A stretch of DNA of 64,000 bases from Eledone cirrhosa (GCA_964016885.1 OZ024743.1:250170001-250234000); one strand, 5' to 3'. Shown: positions 1 to 12,689, counted from the stretch's first letter. The notes: generated from the sequence alone by a model not told the origin. A program made the numbers and translations.

Positions 1-16
1 CTGTGTGATAGGAAGT

Positions 17-197
17 TTTGAATCGGTAAGTTTGATGCATCAATGTTTTTTAATTAAGAAAAATAGTCTTATAAGTTAACCATATACATCGTGGAGATGG
101 AAAAATAACTGTATAGCATCACCCCTGGGGTTTACATGCCCAACTTAGACTATTTTTTAGTCAAAAAACGTTGATGCTTCTAACTTACAAATTCAAA
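17..197. repeat. Imperfect inverted repeat (~58-bp arms), MITE or fold-back remnant
   Basis: 17-77 tttgaatcggtaagtttgatgcatcaatgttttt...aaatagtcttataagtt matches the reverse complement of 141-197. Confidence 0.6.
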
Positions 198-289
198 TAT
201 ATATATATATTCAATCTTGTGGAATATTGGTATAAAACAGATTTCCAGATGTTGACCCATAAACTATTGACTAAATAAGGGGGTTCTAT

Positions 290-459
<170 letters not shown>

Positions 460-1474
460 AAAGAGAGAAAAAGAGAGGTAGAGAAGAGATTCAGGCAGAG
501 AAAGAGAGAAACGGACAGAGAAAGAGAGAAAGGCAGACAGAGAGATAGAGAGACAGAGACAGACAAAGAGGGAATGAGAGGGGAGGGGGCAAAGAGAGAG
601 AGAGAAAGATGGAAATAGATAAAATGTAAAAAGTAATGAGAAAGTGAAAGAAAAAGTAAAAATTGGTTTCATTGAAAAAGAAAAATATATATAAAAATAT
701 ATAAATAAAATTATAGAGAATAAATAAAGCAAAAATCAACCAAACAAAGAAAAAGAAAGAAACATGTTAAAGAAATATTTATTGCCTGAAGTTATTCCAA
801 TAACGGAGATTATGGTATTGGAAGTGATAAAGTATAGGAGAGAGAAAGAAAAAAATAAATTTCATAGCAATCCTTTAATACGTTGCATTCTGTTTTGTTT
901 TGTATGTGTTTCTTCTCTCCTTTTGGCTGTGTCAGCACACACACACGCAGTACACATATACATGTTAACCTTTTTGTTGACACACACACATGCATATGTG
1001 TATGTGTGTAGTGAGGTTAACACACATATGTGTGAGTGTTTGTGGTTATGCATGTATAAGGACGTTAACTGTTGACATATATAAGCAAGAGTTAAGGTGG
1101 AGTTGGAGTTTAAGTTGCTTATACTTCACTAATTTAATAACATAAACTTAATCACCCATCATGTTATTCTTTGACCCAGGCACCGATGCTAGTCTGTGTG
1201 AAATACAGTGACGTGTTACATGCTAGAGAGACATGAGCAGTGAATACTGAGGGAACATGAAGGCTGGAGAGAAACGAATTGAACATGTTTCATATGGTGT
1301 GTGCAAGAGCAAAGATTATGCTAGTATAAACATGTGTGTATGGAGGATGATTGCTGGGTTAAGAAGTATCAGGAGTTTAAGCTGGTATAGCTATGTTATG
1401 TGAATGTATGAGGATTTTCAGGTGCAGAGGTGCCAAGAGTTTAAGCTGGCACATACATGCTATATATATATATA

Positions 1475-2408
1475 GCAGTTGGAAGCAAGAGGACTGAGAG
1501 TGAACCTAGCTAAGACAAAAGTGTTGATGAGTAGAAAAGAGGACAAAACCCTGATTCCGTCAGGGAAATTGCCATGTTCGATATGCAGAAAAGGAACTGG
1601 CATAAATTCTATAAAATGCACACAATGCAGATCCTGGGTACACAAGAGATGTAGCGGGATAGCAGGCAAACTAACAGGTAGGGAGAAATATGTATGCAGT
1701 AGATGTACAGGGAAATTAGACAGTAGAAGTCGCATTGATAGATACATTTTTCAAATGCAGGAGGGCGCTATAGAAGTGGTGGATAGCTTCCGGTACCTAG
1801 GAGATCAGATTAGCATGGGAGGAAGGTGTTCCGAGGCCATAGTATCTAGAATAAGGACAAGTTGGAAGAAATTTAGGGAGCTGCTTCCTCTGTTGACGAA
1901 GAAGGGTTTCTCCCTGCATATGAAAGGCCGGTTGTATGATGCCTGTGTGAGGAGCACAATGCTGCATGGTAGTGAGACATGGGCAGCAACTGCAGAGGAT
2001 ATGCGACGGCTGGAGAGAAATGAGGCAAGCATGCTCCGTTGGATGTGCAGTGCAAATGTGCGTGAACGACCCAGCATAAATGTGTTGAGAGAGAAACTGT
2101 GTCTGAGAGGCATAGATGTAGTGTACGGGAGAGGAGACTGAGGAGGTATGGACATGTGATGCGCATGGAGGATGACCGATGGGTGAAGAAGTGCCAGGAA
2201 ATGCCAGTTGAAGGAAGACGTGGTAGAGGTAGACCACGAAAAACATGGGCGGAGGTGGTGAGAACAGACCTCAGATCATTGAAGCTCATGGTGGAGATGA
2301 CGAAGGACCGTGACGAGTGGAGAGATGCTGTGCTGAATAAGACCCGTCCCACCCTTGCAAGCCGGGAAAAGCGGACGTAAAATGATGATGATGATGATGA
2401 TGATGATA
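1475..2408 (+). mobile_element. 5'-truncated RTE-clade LINE (RT C-terminal part with PHD finger, 3' UTR, (GAT)n tail)
   Basis: [40 protein letters not shown] and GRGRPRKTW motifs; one frameshift near 2115; stop at 2380 followed by (GAT)n. Confidence 0.92.
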
Positions 2409-2419
2409 TGGATGATGAT

Positions 2420-2990
2420 TGTTGAATGAAGAGTTTAGGCTGGTACATATATGCTATATGTATGGATTATTATTGTTGAGTGAAGAAATGTCTGGAGTTG
2501 AAGCTGGTACATATATGCTATGTGTATAGATGATGATTGTTGAATGAAGAAGTATCAGGAGTTTATGTTGATAAAGACATGATCTGTGTATGGATGATAA
2601 TTGTTGGGTGAAGAAGTACTAAGATTTCCAAATGGAAGAAAGCTGGGGAAGAGGAAGACCAAGGAAGGCTTAAAGAGAAATGTTGACAAAAACACAGATG
2701 AGTTGAGAGAGAAAAACTGTGTATAAAAGGAAACAAATTTAGTGAGCTAGAGAGAAGGTTGCACTGGTAGAGACATATAATACATACAGATGATGGTAAT
2801 GAGATGAAGAAGTGCTAGGAGTTCCTAGAGAATGCATGCCATGGAAGAGGAAGAACAAGAAAGCCATGGGCAGAGGAGGGGAAAGTTGATATGAAGATGC
2901 TGAACCTTACAAAGGAGAAGAACAAGTGAAGAAATGTTGTGCTGGAGAGAACTTGCCTAACCCTTGGAAAAATAGATGTAAAATGGATGG
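2420..2990 (+). mobile_element. Old degenerate RTE 3' fragments, including a ~62-bp RTE-derived tandem repeat
   Basis: Repeated gctggtacatatatgctatgtgtatggatgatgattgttg unit (also 1320-1460); decayed GRGRP..W and terminal cttg..aaaa.agatgtaaaatg motifs. Confidence 0.6.
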
Positions 2991-3353
2991 TGATGATGAT
3001 GATGATGATGGTGGTGAGTCAGATGGTAAAGGTGATGAAGATGACAGTGATAGTGGTGGTGATGATGATGATGATAGTGGTGGTGATAATGATAATAGTG
3101 GTGATAATGATGATGGTGATAATGTTGATGATGGTAGTGGTGATGATAATGATGATAATCATCTTTATGATCACAATGATATTGATTATCACTGTGATGA
3201 TATAGTTAGAGATGATGATCATGATGATGATTATAATGAGGATAGCAGTAATATCAACAGAAATAAAAGTAGAAAGAAGAGATGGGAATAAGAAGAGAAC
3301 AAAAAAAAAGAAGAGAAAAACAAATAAATATATTTGCAAACAAAAAATAAATG

Positions 3354-3887
<534 letters not shown>

Positions 3888-4110
3888 CAAAACCAAATAA
3901 AATAAGTAAATTCATTATATATTCATATAAAAGACATTGCCATACTGGAGCAAACAAAACAGAAAATTATTATTTAGTTAATTCTCCTCCCTCGAGACTG
4001 GAATCTAGCAACGGACCAAAAACCATTAAATAATTAAATAACAGTGTCTGCGTGTGTGTGTATGTGAATGTGGATAAATATACAAATGTAAATGTGTGTG
4101 TACGTATGTA

Positions 4111-4141
<31 letters not shown>

Positions 4142-4431
4142 ACCAAATTAGAAAGATAAGCTTCGCCATAATATTTTTGACTATAATAGAGTCCAATAAT
4201 GGGGCACACAAACCTGCTGAGTGGAAAAAGATGAGTACCAGCACACATGGGAGTCGAACACATACCTCTCGCCAGCCAGACAAGCATGCTATCACTGTGT
4301 CAATGAACTCACCTTGCTTCCCCTATTATTTCAAGAAGCCACAACCCAACAGAGATATGCAAACAAAGGAAGTATGCCTAGAATGTGGCAAGCAAAGTCT
4401 AGAACCAAAATAGAAAAAAAAAAATATATAT

Positions 4432-4635
4432 ATATGTATGTAAAAGGTAAACAGAAATAACAACACATATCGTACAGTGTATGGACGGGATATATTAGTT
4501 TAACGATTGAAATAGCAGAAAGAGGGTCTTAACGTTTCAGACGCTAGTCCTTTATCGGAAAAAAGAATGAGAAATTAGAAAGGCAGGGTAGAATCAGAAA
4601 AATATTTTTTAGACAAAAATAACAGGTACATTCAT
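4432..4635 (-). mobile_element. HHR-bearing pLTR-like repeat, family A (core decayed to CCGATAA)
   Basis: Homologous to 5965-6160 and 22958-23160; minus strand ccgataa-a-ggac-tagc-gtct-gaaa-cgtt-aaga at 4527-4562. Confidence 0.75.
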
Positions 4636-4643
4636 GTTTCCAT

Positions 4644-4702
<59 letters not shown>

Positions 4703-5624
4703 ATGATTTAGAATGGGAACATCATATGCCTGCATGTCATAAATGGCTAAAAGGATTGGTGTCAGGGAGGGCATCTAACTGTAAAAAAACTGCCTCACAA
4801 AGTCCCATCCAACCCATGTAACTATGAAAAAGTTGATGATTATATATTTTTGTATGTGTGAGTGTGTGTGTGCGTGTGCGTGTGTGTGTGTATGTGTGTG
4901 CAGTCTCTGTGTGTGTTTGTGTCTGTATGTGCATGTGTGTGTATGTGTGTTTAAATGTATGTTTAAATGTGTTCTATTAATATTTACATCACTTTGAAAA
5001 TTTGATATATTTTTACCTCTGTTTATTATATGGATAATAAATGGAATTGTCTTTTGAAATGTACTTTCTGGAAACTCATAACATTCAATTTTTGTATATG
5101 CTATTCAGAATCTCTAAATATGTATCCGTGTGTGTGAATATGTGTGTGTATATATATATATATCCAATCCAATCCGGGGCTTTCTCCCTCTTGATGGAGG
5201 AACCTTTCCCTAGTTGCTCTTCAGGACTTTCAGTTTGATTTTTATGTCAGGGGTGTAACCATTCTCACCATGCTTAGTCAATTGTGGATTGATGAGGCTA
5301 TTTAACCCATAATATATATATATACACAAAAACACACCCTTATATTAACATACTTTTGCTCATAGCTTCGTACTTACATACACACACTCTCTTTTACTTA
5401 TATATACACATACAATTCTTCTTAGCTTCGTACGGACGTATAAAAACACACACACACAAACACATGCTTACGCATGTCCACGAGTATAGCTCTTTTTACA
5501 AAACGTTTTTTTCTTCCATTTCAGGTAGACGCGCTCCATCATCCACTTTTCTAAAAAATAAATCATACACAAAACGCCAGCACCAACAGTTTTGCAAGAG
5601 ATGTCAACATGAATGGATCTGTTA

Positions 5625-5648
5625 TCTTCTATATATATAAAAGCGAGG

Positions 5649-5711
<63 letters not shown>

Positions 5712-5964
5712 TGGACAACTTTGGACAGCTAAGGCTTTTCAATTCCCAACCGAATTTGATCAAATTTTTTGTGCACCTTGTACCTGTCGCTAAGATGGTC
5801 ACATCACAAACATTTTTCAAATCGACTCACGTTGAGCAATAACAAATCGATAGCAATATTATCTTCTATATGTATAAAAGCGAGGATGTGTGTGTGTCTG
5901 TGGACAACTTTGTATATTCATAGCATAATTTCAAACCCCAGGCAACGCCGAGTAAATCTGCTAG
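5625..5964 (+). mobile_element. Non-autonomous Helitron-like element with two 5' termini
   Basis: Starts TC(ttctatatatataaaagcgagg), second identical start at 5862; ends in hairpin ggc-aac-gcc then CTAG; inserted between A and T with no TSD (empty site seen in the 4432-4635 copy). Confidence 0.85.
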
Positions 5965-6033
5965 TTTTTATCTAAAGACATTATTTCCAATTCCATCCCG
6001 CCGTCCCGTCAATATATCTCATTTCTCATTCTT

Positions 6034-6069
6034 TCTTCTGATGAAGGACTAGCGTCCGAAACGTTAAGA
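6034..6069 (+). ncRNA. Minimal type-I hammerhead ribozyme, family A
   Basis: tctt-CTGATGA-a-ggac-tagc-gtcc-GAAA-cg-TT-aaga; stem I tctt/aaga; palindromic aacgtt stem III as in Penelope-associated minimal HHRs. Confidence 0.85.
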
Positions 6070-6544
6070 CCCTCTTCCTGCTATATCAAGTGTTAACCTA
6101 ATATATCCCTTCCATATACTGTACCGATTGTGTTGTTATTTCTGTTTACCTTTTACATACATATATATGTATATATGTATGTCTGCATACATATATATAT
6201 AAAGTATTGAAACAACATATCTCTAGTGACCGCCTGATGAGATGGGAGTGTATGCGTTTCATTAGTTTTCCTGCCGTCTTTGCCCATACATTATATATAT
6301 GTATATATATATATATATATGTATGTATGTAAAAGGTAAACAGAAATAAAAACACAATCGGTACAGTATATGGATATATATATATATATATATATAATAA
6401 GGGTTGACGGACCCACCATATTTATCAATGTCAGTACCGGTTGTATCTCAGTGCACTCCATGGGCAATGTAAGATACATTCCCAGAGTATACACATAGTT
6501 ATTTGCCTCAACATAACACACGTAAAACGGGTGCCTATAAGTTT

Positions 6545-6654
6545 CCCGAACTCAAGTTTCTGCCGCACTAATGCAGCAGTAAAGTGCACTGCACCATCTG
6601 TCTGCATATATTATGCAGCAATGCACAATCGGCTTATGCGGCTTCATCAGCGGG
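6545..6654 (-). ncRNA. Type-I hammerhead ribozyme with long stem II, family E
   Basis: Minus strand cccg-CTGATGA-a-gccgca-[69 nt]-tgcggc-a-GAAA-cttgag-TT-cggg; the host repeat spans about 6398-6825 and ends in (AT)n. Confidence 0.75.
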
Positions 6655-6829
6655 TATCGCCTAATCAATAACCAATCAATCAACAGAATCCTAAGATCAG
6701 TCTACGCCGGCCATGACTGTTTGTGACGACTGACACAGTAAAGCTATTAGCAACTGGCACCCGGTAGGACTCTATCTCTCAACTAGCTACTGATTTACAA
6801 ATTTTACGTGGGGACGGAATATTCAAATT

Positions 6830-7520
6830 ATTAATAAATGAGAATTTTTAAAACCAAAATATATATTTTATTATACATATTTCAAGGGTACTGTGGTTTT
6901 TAAGTACACCATCATCAGATAAAACATAAGAGATTGGCTGTTCGACATACCCCTAAAGTCTTGAACCTTCAATACCTGTAGTGGTAGTAAGTTAATTCCT
7001 CAACACTCAACATTTATATACCACAAATAATGTTAACTTGAAGAAGAAGAGGTAAAGCAACAAAGAAATATAGCAGGAAAGTTGAAAATAAAAATGTGAA
7101 GAAAAAAAAAAAGAATTAAATTAATTTAAGCATATAAATATGTAACAACTCAAATATTCGATTGTCGTAGAAATTAATCTATGCCCAATAATCTAGATAT
7201 ATTATAAACCTTTAAATTAATTAAAGCGTAATCCAATGCAAGCGGCATTCATTGATAACTAATAAGAATAATTTTTTTATTTCTGTCTACGGTCTGAATA
7301 CAACAGGTTATTTCATCTTCTTTCTTCTCTTTCTCTTTTTTTTTCTCTTCACATCTTTATTTCCAACTTCCCTTCTATATTTCTTTGTTGCTTTACGTCT
7401 TCTTCTTTAAGTTATCATATTATTTGTGTTATATAAATGTTGAGTGTTGAGGAAATAACTTACCCTTGAAATATGTATAATAAAATATATATTTTGGTTA
7501 TGAAAATTCTCATTTATTAA
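6830..7520. repeat. Inverted pair of family-D pLTR-like repeats (6830-7115 versus 7330-7520)
   Basis: The arms are reverse complements; the right arm lacks ~95 bp including the HHR 5' core. Confidence 0.8.
6863..6927 (-). ncRNA. Type-I hammerhead ribozyme, family D
   Basis: Minus strand atgttttat-CTGATGA-tggtgtact..agtaccctt-GAAA-tatgta-TA-ataaaatat. Confidence 0.75.
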
Positions 7521-7625
7521 CATTTTGAATATTATAGATATTCCAGATAAATTTCCTTTCGAGTGCTTCTAATCTATTGTAAAATTGAATTCGTTGAATA
7601 ATTAAAGAATCAATTAAACTTTTGG

Positions 7626-7682
<57 letters not shown>

Positions 7683-8372
7683 TATTAACAACCTATGTTT
7701 ATATGTGTGTAAATGCATATTTATAATCTGGGTTAGTACATTATGATATATATGTTAAATGATGGTGATTATATATGGAGAGATAGAGAGATTGATAGAT
7801 AAATAGATAGATAAGTGTGTGAATATAACATATTTTATGCTCAGTTCATGTTTTTTCTTCTCTGTATATACAATTGCAGAGATATTATTTCCTTGTTACA
7901 ACAACAACTAAAACAAACAGCACCACCACAACTCATCCTCCAAATATATTGACCAAAGAGGTTTTGTGAGATGTGGAGTAAAAGAAATAGTTTTTAAATT
8001 GAAACCAATATGAGATGAAAGCAGTACAAAATAGTTTCTAAATAAACTACATACATATGTATTATCAGTTATATATATAAATACATACATACATATATAC
8101 ATACATATATATATATACACACACACACATATATATATGCATGTATGTGTACATGTATATATGCATACATATACATATATATGCATGCATGTACATATAT
8201 ATGCACTTATATGTCTTTTACATTGTGTAATTCTTATATTTATTTTTAACGAGTTTTCTGATGAATGTTTGTCTGTCTGACATAATCAGCCAGCAGACAC
8301 ATCCAGAAATGTGTATTATGGCAGTTTATTGAATTCATAGGAATATTAAAAAATAGTATTTTGTATTCATAA

Positions 8373-8420
<48 letters not shown>

Positions 8421-8423
<3 letters not shown>

Positions 8424-10503
8424 ATTTTTACGTCCATTTTTCCATGCTTGTATGAGTTGGACAGATCCTTCTCAGCAAACCATCTCTTCACTTGCTGCAT
8501 TTCTTCATCATCTCCTCTGTAAGTCTCAATGATTTGAGGTCAGTTCTCATCACATCTGCCAAGCCCTTTCTTGGTCTACCTCTACTGTGGCTTCCTTCTA
8601 CTGACATTTCCTGGCACTTCTTCACCCATCGGTCATTATCCATGTGCATCACATGTCTGTACCAGCACAGTCTTCTCCTATGCACACCACCTCAGATTCC
8701 TCTTAAACCTAGTTTTCTTCTGCAGTCACAGCCCATGTTTCACTACCATGCAGCATTGTACTTCGCACACAGGCGCCAGACAGTCGTACTTTTGTACGTA
8801 GGTTGAAACCTTTTGTTGTCAACAGTGGGAGTAGCTCTCTAAACTTCTTACATTCTATCCTTATCATAGCTAATATGCTCTCAGAGCACCCTTTTCCACT
8901 GCCAGTTAAGTCACCTATGAAAGATAACAGAAGCTATCAACCACTTTCTCTGATGAAATGGTTTATATCACTAACACTCTTCCCTTTGATTCCAAATTCC
9001 ATTTCCATAGATGGAACTTATTTTCTATTTCTTTTATGGATAAGGACCAAATCATCTGATGAGAAAACTTCTCTTGGACAGCCATGATTTAAAACTCCTC
9101 TGTTATTGTCTGGAAAGCTATGATGAACAACACTGGGCTAAGAAACAAACCTCAATGAACTCCTACCTGTGCCTTAAATTCTTTACTAAACCCACTTCCT
9201 ACTCTTGCTTTATTGATAGCTCTTCTATACATGGCTTGCACTACTCTCACAAGCCATTCTTCTACACCTAATTTCCTTAAGGACCACCTGATAATAGATC
9301 GAGGGATTCTGTAAAAGGGCTTTTCTAGACCAACAAAATCTAAATATAGTGGTTTATTCTTGGCTAGAAAATTCTGAAGGTGCCTCACTAAGAAGAGGGC
9401 ATCTGTTGTACTTTTTCCAAGTATGAAACCAAACTGCATCTCATCTAATTTGACTCTTTCCCTAATTAGTTATGAAAGTTATGAAAGTAACAAGTGTACA
9501 TGTTACTTTCATAACTTGATCCATTAGTTTTATTCCTCTGTCGTCGATACTTCTAAATCATTACCTTTGCCCTTCTGGAAATTTATGATTGTATTGCTGT
9601 GTCAGTCTTTGGGTATGACTATCTTATATTACCTGATTGACTATGCGGGTTCCTAGTTTGACCCCTACTTCTCCTGATGCTTTTAACATCTCAGCAACTA
9701 TCTCTGTCAGTCCACTAGCTTCACTATTCTTCATTTCTTTGATTGCTTCTTTGACTCTATAACTATCTACTTCAAAAGCTGGTCCTCCTGTTGGGTAAGT
9801 TGGAAGTAGTCTCTCTTCCTCCCACTTATTTTCTACATTCATCAATCTCTCATAGTAACATTTCCAGGCCTCTTTCATTTAGACATCAGTGATGCTAAGT
9901 GTACCAACATCATTTCGAACACATTTTCTCCTAACAATATCTCAATTTACACTAACACATTGCCTTGCAATGCAGAACACTTCATGTCTCTGTATCTCAC
10001 ATCGCAAGCATTGGCAAACTTTCTTCTTTCATCCTCTCTCTGAGCTGTGTATATCTGTCATCTAGCTTCTCTCTTAGCTACCTAGTCTCTGCTAACCCCA
10101 TTCTTCCAGCCTTTTCTTGTCTGTCTTTTAGTTTTAATGGTTCTATCCACTGGTCACCCTCTGTCTGGCTGGTGCTGTACTTCAGCCACAAGTCTCATCA
10201 GTAGTTTGCAAAAAGGCTGTCACATAGGAATGTCCAGTTGTCTTCTACACTATATGTCCCTAGCTCATCACCCCTCTCATCTACTGCATCCTGTAGGGCT
10301 TTTCTAAACCTATATTTAACTGAAAGGCCCTTTAGCTTCCATTTCCTCCATCTCTATATTTTCCTGCATATCTTATTCTGTCTTGTGTTTATTTTGATGT
10401 TGTTAATAACTAACTTGTCTTGAGCAGTGCATTCTTCCCCAGGAAGGCCTTAATGTTTATTGCAGTCCATTTATTATGTCTTATGAGTAAGTAATCAATT
10501 TGC
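8421..10503 (-). mobile_element. Old decayed RTE LINE (endonuclease end through RT to 3' tail)
   Basis: QIDYLLIR, EAWKCYYERLMNVEN, MQFGFILGKSTTDALFLVR, VGVH, RRRLCWYRHVM and RGRPRK in broken frames. Confidence 0.9.
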
Positions 10504-10635
10504 AATATATATATATTGCAATATATATATATATAGTAATAATAATAAAATTGAAGACTAAAATCCAAAGAGGGCTCGATAAGGAAAATATATATCAAAT
10601 ATATAAGAACCGTAGAGCAAATATTCATTAAAATA

Positions 10636-10711
10636 ACAAATTAAAGTTTAAGCAAAGAATCGCTGCTTTCACCCTTAACGGGGTCTTCTGAAACTAACAA
10701 AGTCAATCTGT
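10636..10711 (-). ncRNA. Hammerhead-like motif in left (inverted) pLTR, CAGAAGA core
   Basis: Mirror of 12205-12280. Confidence 0.65.
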
Positions 10712-10733
10712 AAACGCAGAACTGGATATTTCA

Positions 10734-12042
10734 CTCACAGTGGTTAAGGATTTCGAAGTTGATGTCATCCTTAATGCCCGAAAGTCGGTGATTAATTTCG
10801 ACGACTCTATTTGGATTAAAAAATCCAATAGTACCCCCATTCGACGTGAGTATGGGCGCCAGTGACTCTGCAGAAGTTACTGATCTTATTGGCCTTTTCC
10901 TTCTTTCCTCTATCAAGGACGAATTCCCCAACGCGGGCGGTGGTTTGTACCGTGACGATGGTCTTTTGACCATGACTAAGTGCGGACCTCGTGCTTGCGA
11001 CAGGTTCAGAAAAGAACTCACAGCCTTCTTTAAAGGCTTCAACCTCTCTATACAGGTTAAGGCCAATCTCTCGGTCGTTAATTACCTCGACGTTACCCTC
11101 AATTTATTGAATGGGTTGTATTACCCGTATAGAAAGCTGAATGATACGCTTAATTACATAAGTAATCATTCCAACCATCCTGGCAGCATAACCAAGAACC
11201 TGGTAAGAAACGTTTCGTTGAGGCTTTCCCGTCTTTCCACCAACGAGCGCATTTTCAACGACCATTCCACTTATTACAATGAAGCTCTTGCTCGAAGTGG
11301 ATTTGTCGATAAGGTAGCATATACAGAGTACGAAAATAGACCTAGAAGAAATAGATCCCGTCGCATTTGTTGGTTTAACCCACCATATAATATGGAGGTG
11401 GCCACACCATTAGCTAAGATCTTTCTTTCCCTTATTACGAAGCATTTTCCCCCTACACATAAATATAGTAACATTTTTAATAGAAATACTATTAAAATTT
11501 CTTACTCTACGACTCCTAACCTTGCACAGAACATCACAGCTTCAAATTTAGCTAAACTACCTAGCCGTAGGAACATGTGCAACCCCGTAGTTAGTACTAA
11601 CTGTAATTGTAGGAATCGGGCTGATTGCCCCCTATCCGGGAAATGCCTCTCTAGTAACATTGTCTACAAATGTAAGGTTTTAACACCCACGTCCCGTAGG
11701 GCCTACATAGGGTTAACCGCCAATAGTTTCAAGCAGCGTCTTTACATGCATACCCATTCTTTTCGTTACCCTCTAAGAAGGAATATGACGTCACTTTCAG
11801 CTTATATCTGGAGTCTAAAAGACAACCACACCCAATATAAGTTACACTGGGAGATCCTAGCTAGGGCTAGATCGTATAACGGAAATAAAAGACCATGTGA
11901 CCTCTGCGCCGCTGAGGCCCTGGAAATACTCTACGCCACAGACCACATCTTAAACAAAAAATCTGAGGCAATTTCGGCTTGTAAACATAAATTGCACAAA
12001 ACTTTCCTGTATTACAGCCCCACGTTATACCCTAACGGATAG
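10734..12042 (+). pseudogene. PLE reverse transcriptase C-terminal half + Cys-rich linker + GIY-YIG endonuclease
   Basis: ILNARKS..WIKK, then a frameshift in the C-run at ~10835, FDVSMGA, GLYRDDGL, NYLDVTLNL, SNHP, WFNPPY, CNCRNRADCPLSGKC, NIVY..AYIGLT, CDLC, LNKKSE; open 10846-12042. Confidence 0.92.
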
Positions 12043-12204
12043 CACGATCTATACGTGGATATTTTACGTCTTGATGTAGGAGCTAAGTATATGTTTTGTT
12101 TATTCCTTTACTTATTTGCATAGCGAACGTTTCCACGAACCAAAGTATCGTCTTCCTGTCTTCCTCCGGTTGCAATTTTTTTTGAAATATCCAGTTCTGC
12201 GTTT

Positions 12205-12280
12205 ACAGATTGACTTTGTTAGTTTCAGAAGATCCCGTTAAGGGTGAAAGCAGCGATTCTTTGCTTAAACTTTAATCTGT
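12205..12280 (+). ncRNA. Hammerhead-like motif in right pLTR, CAGAAGA core
   Basis: acagatt..agttt-CAGAAGA-t-ccc-gttaa-ggg-t-GAAA-gca..tgc-TT-aaact-tt-aatctgt; all three stems plus a distal stem I extension. Confidence 0.7.
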
Positions 12281-12287
12281 TATTTTA

Positions 12288-12347
<60 letters not shown>

Positions 12348-12689
12348 CAAAATGTGAATTCAGAGTGAAAAAATCCAAAACATATGAACAGCAGGTATGT
12401 ATTAGACTCAATCCTCTGTGTTTAACACAGAAATGGCTTACAAAATAATAAATAACTAATCAGATTGGATCAAGGAAACTATGCTGACATGAAGAGGCAG
12501 GATTTGAACTCTGAATATACATAGCTCAAATCAACACCACAAAATATCTTGTCTGAGTCTTTAACAATTCTACCAATCCAATGCTTTGTAGACAGTCCTC
12601 TGAAAGGCAAAGTTGACCTTTGCAGGATTTGAACTTAGAGTGTTGAGACAGAACAATTACACAAATATAGACAGTTCAATGCCTAGTTT

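Larger units (their letters stand above)
10537..12292 (+). mobile_element. 5'-truncated Penelope-like retroelement (Naiad-like) with inverted pseudo-LTRs
   Basis: RT + GIY-YIG ORF; 10625-10733 is the reverse complement of 12183-12292; flanked on both sides by (TA)n. Confidence 0.93.

Noticed and set aside
2926-3291. Asp-rich 121-aa ORF
   Set aside because: Expanded (GAT)n retroposon tail
6225-6290. CTGATGA near 6235 as a hammerhead
   Set aside because: No downstream GAAA or stem III
9050-9075. CTGATGAGAAA motif
   Set aside because: Antisense of the decayed RTE RT active-site codons; no stems
12043-12182. SECIS element in the PLE 3' region
   Set aside because: No in-frame TGA in the ORF and no convincing SECIS stem by eye
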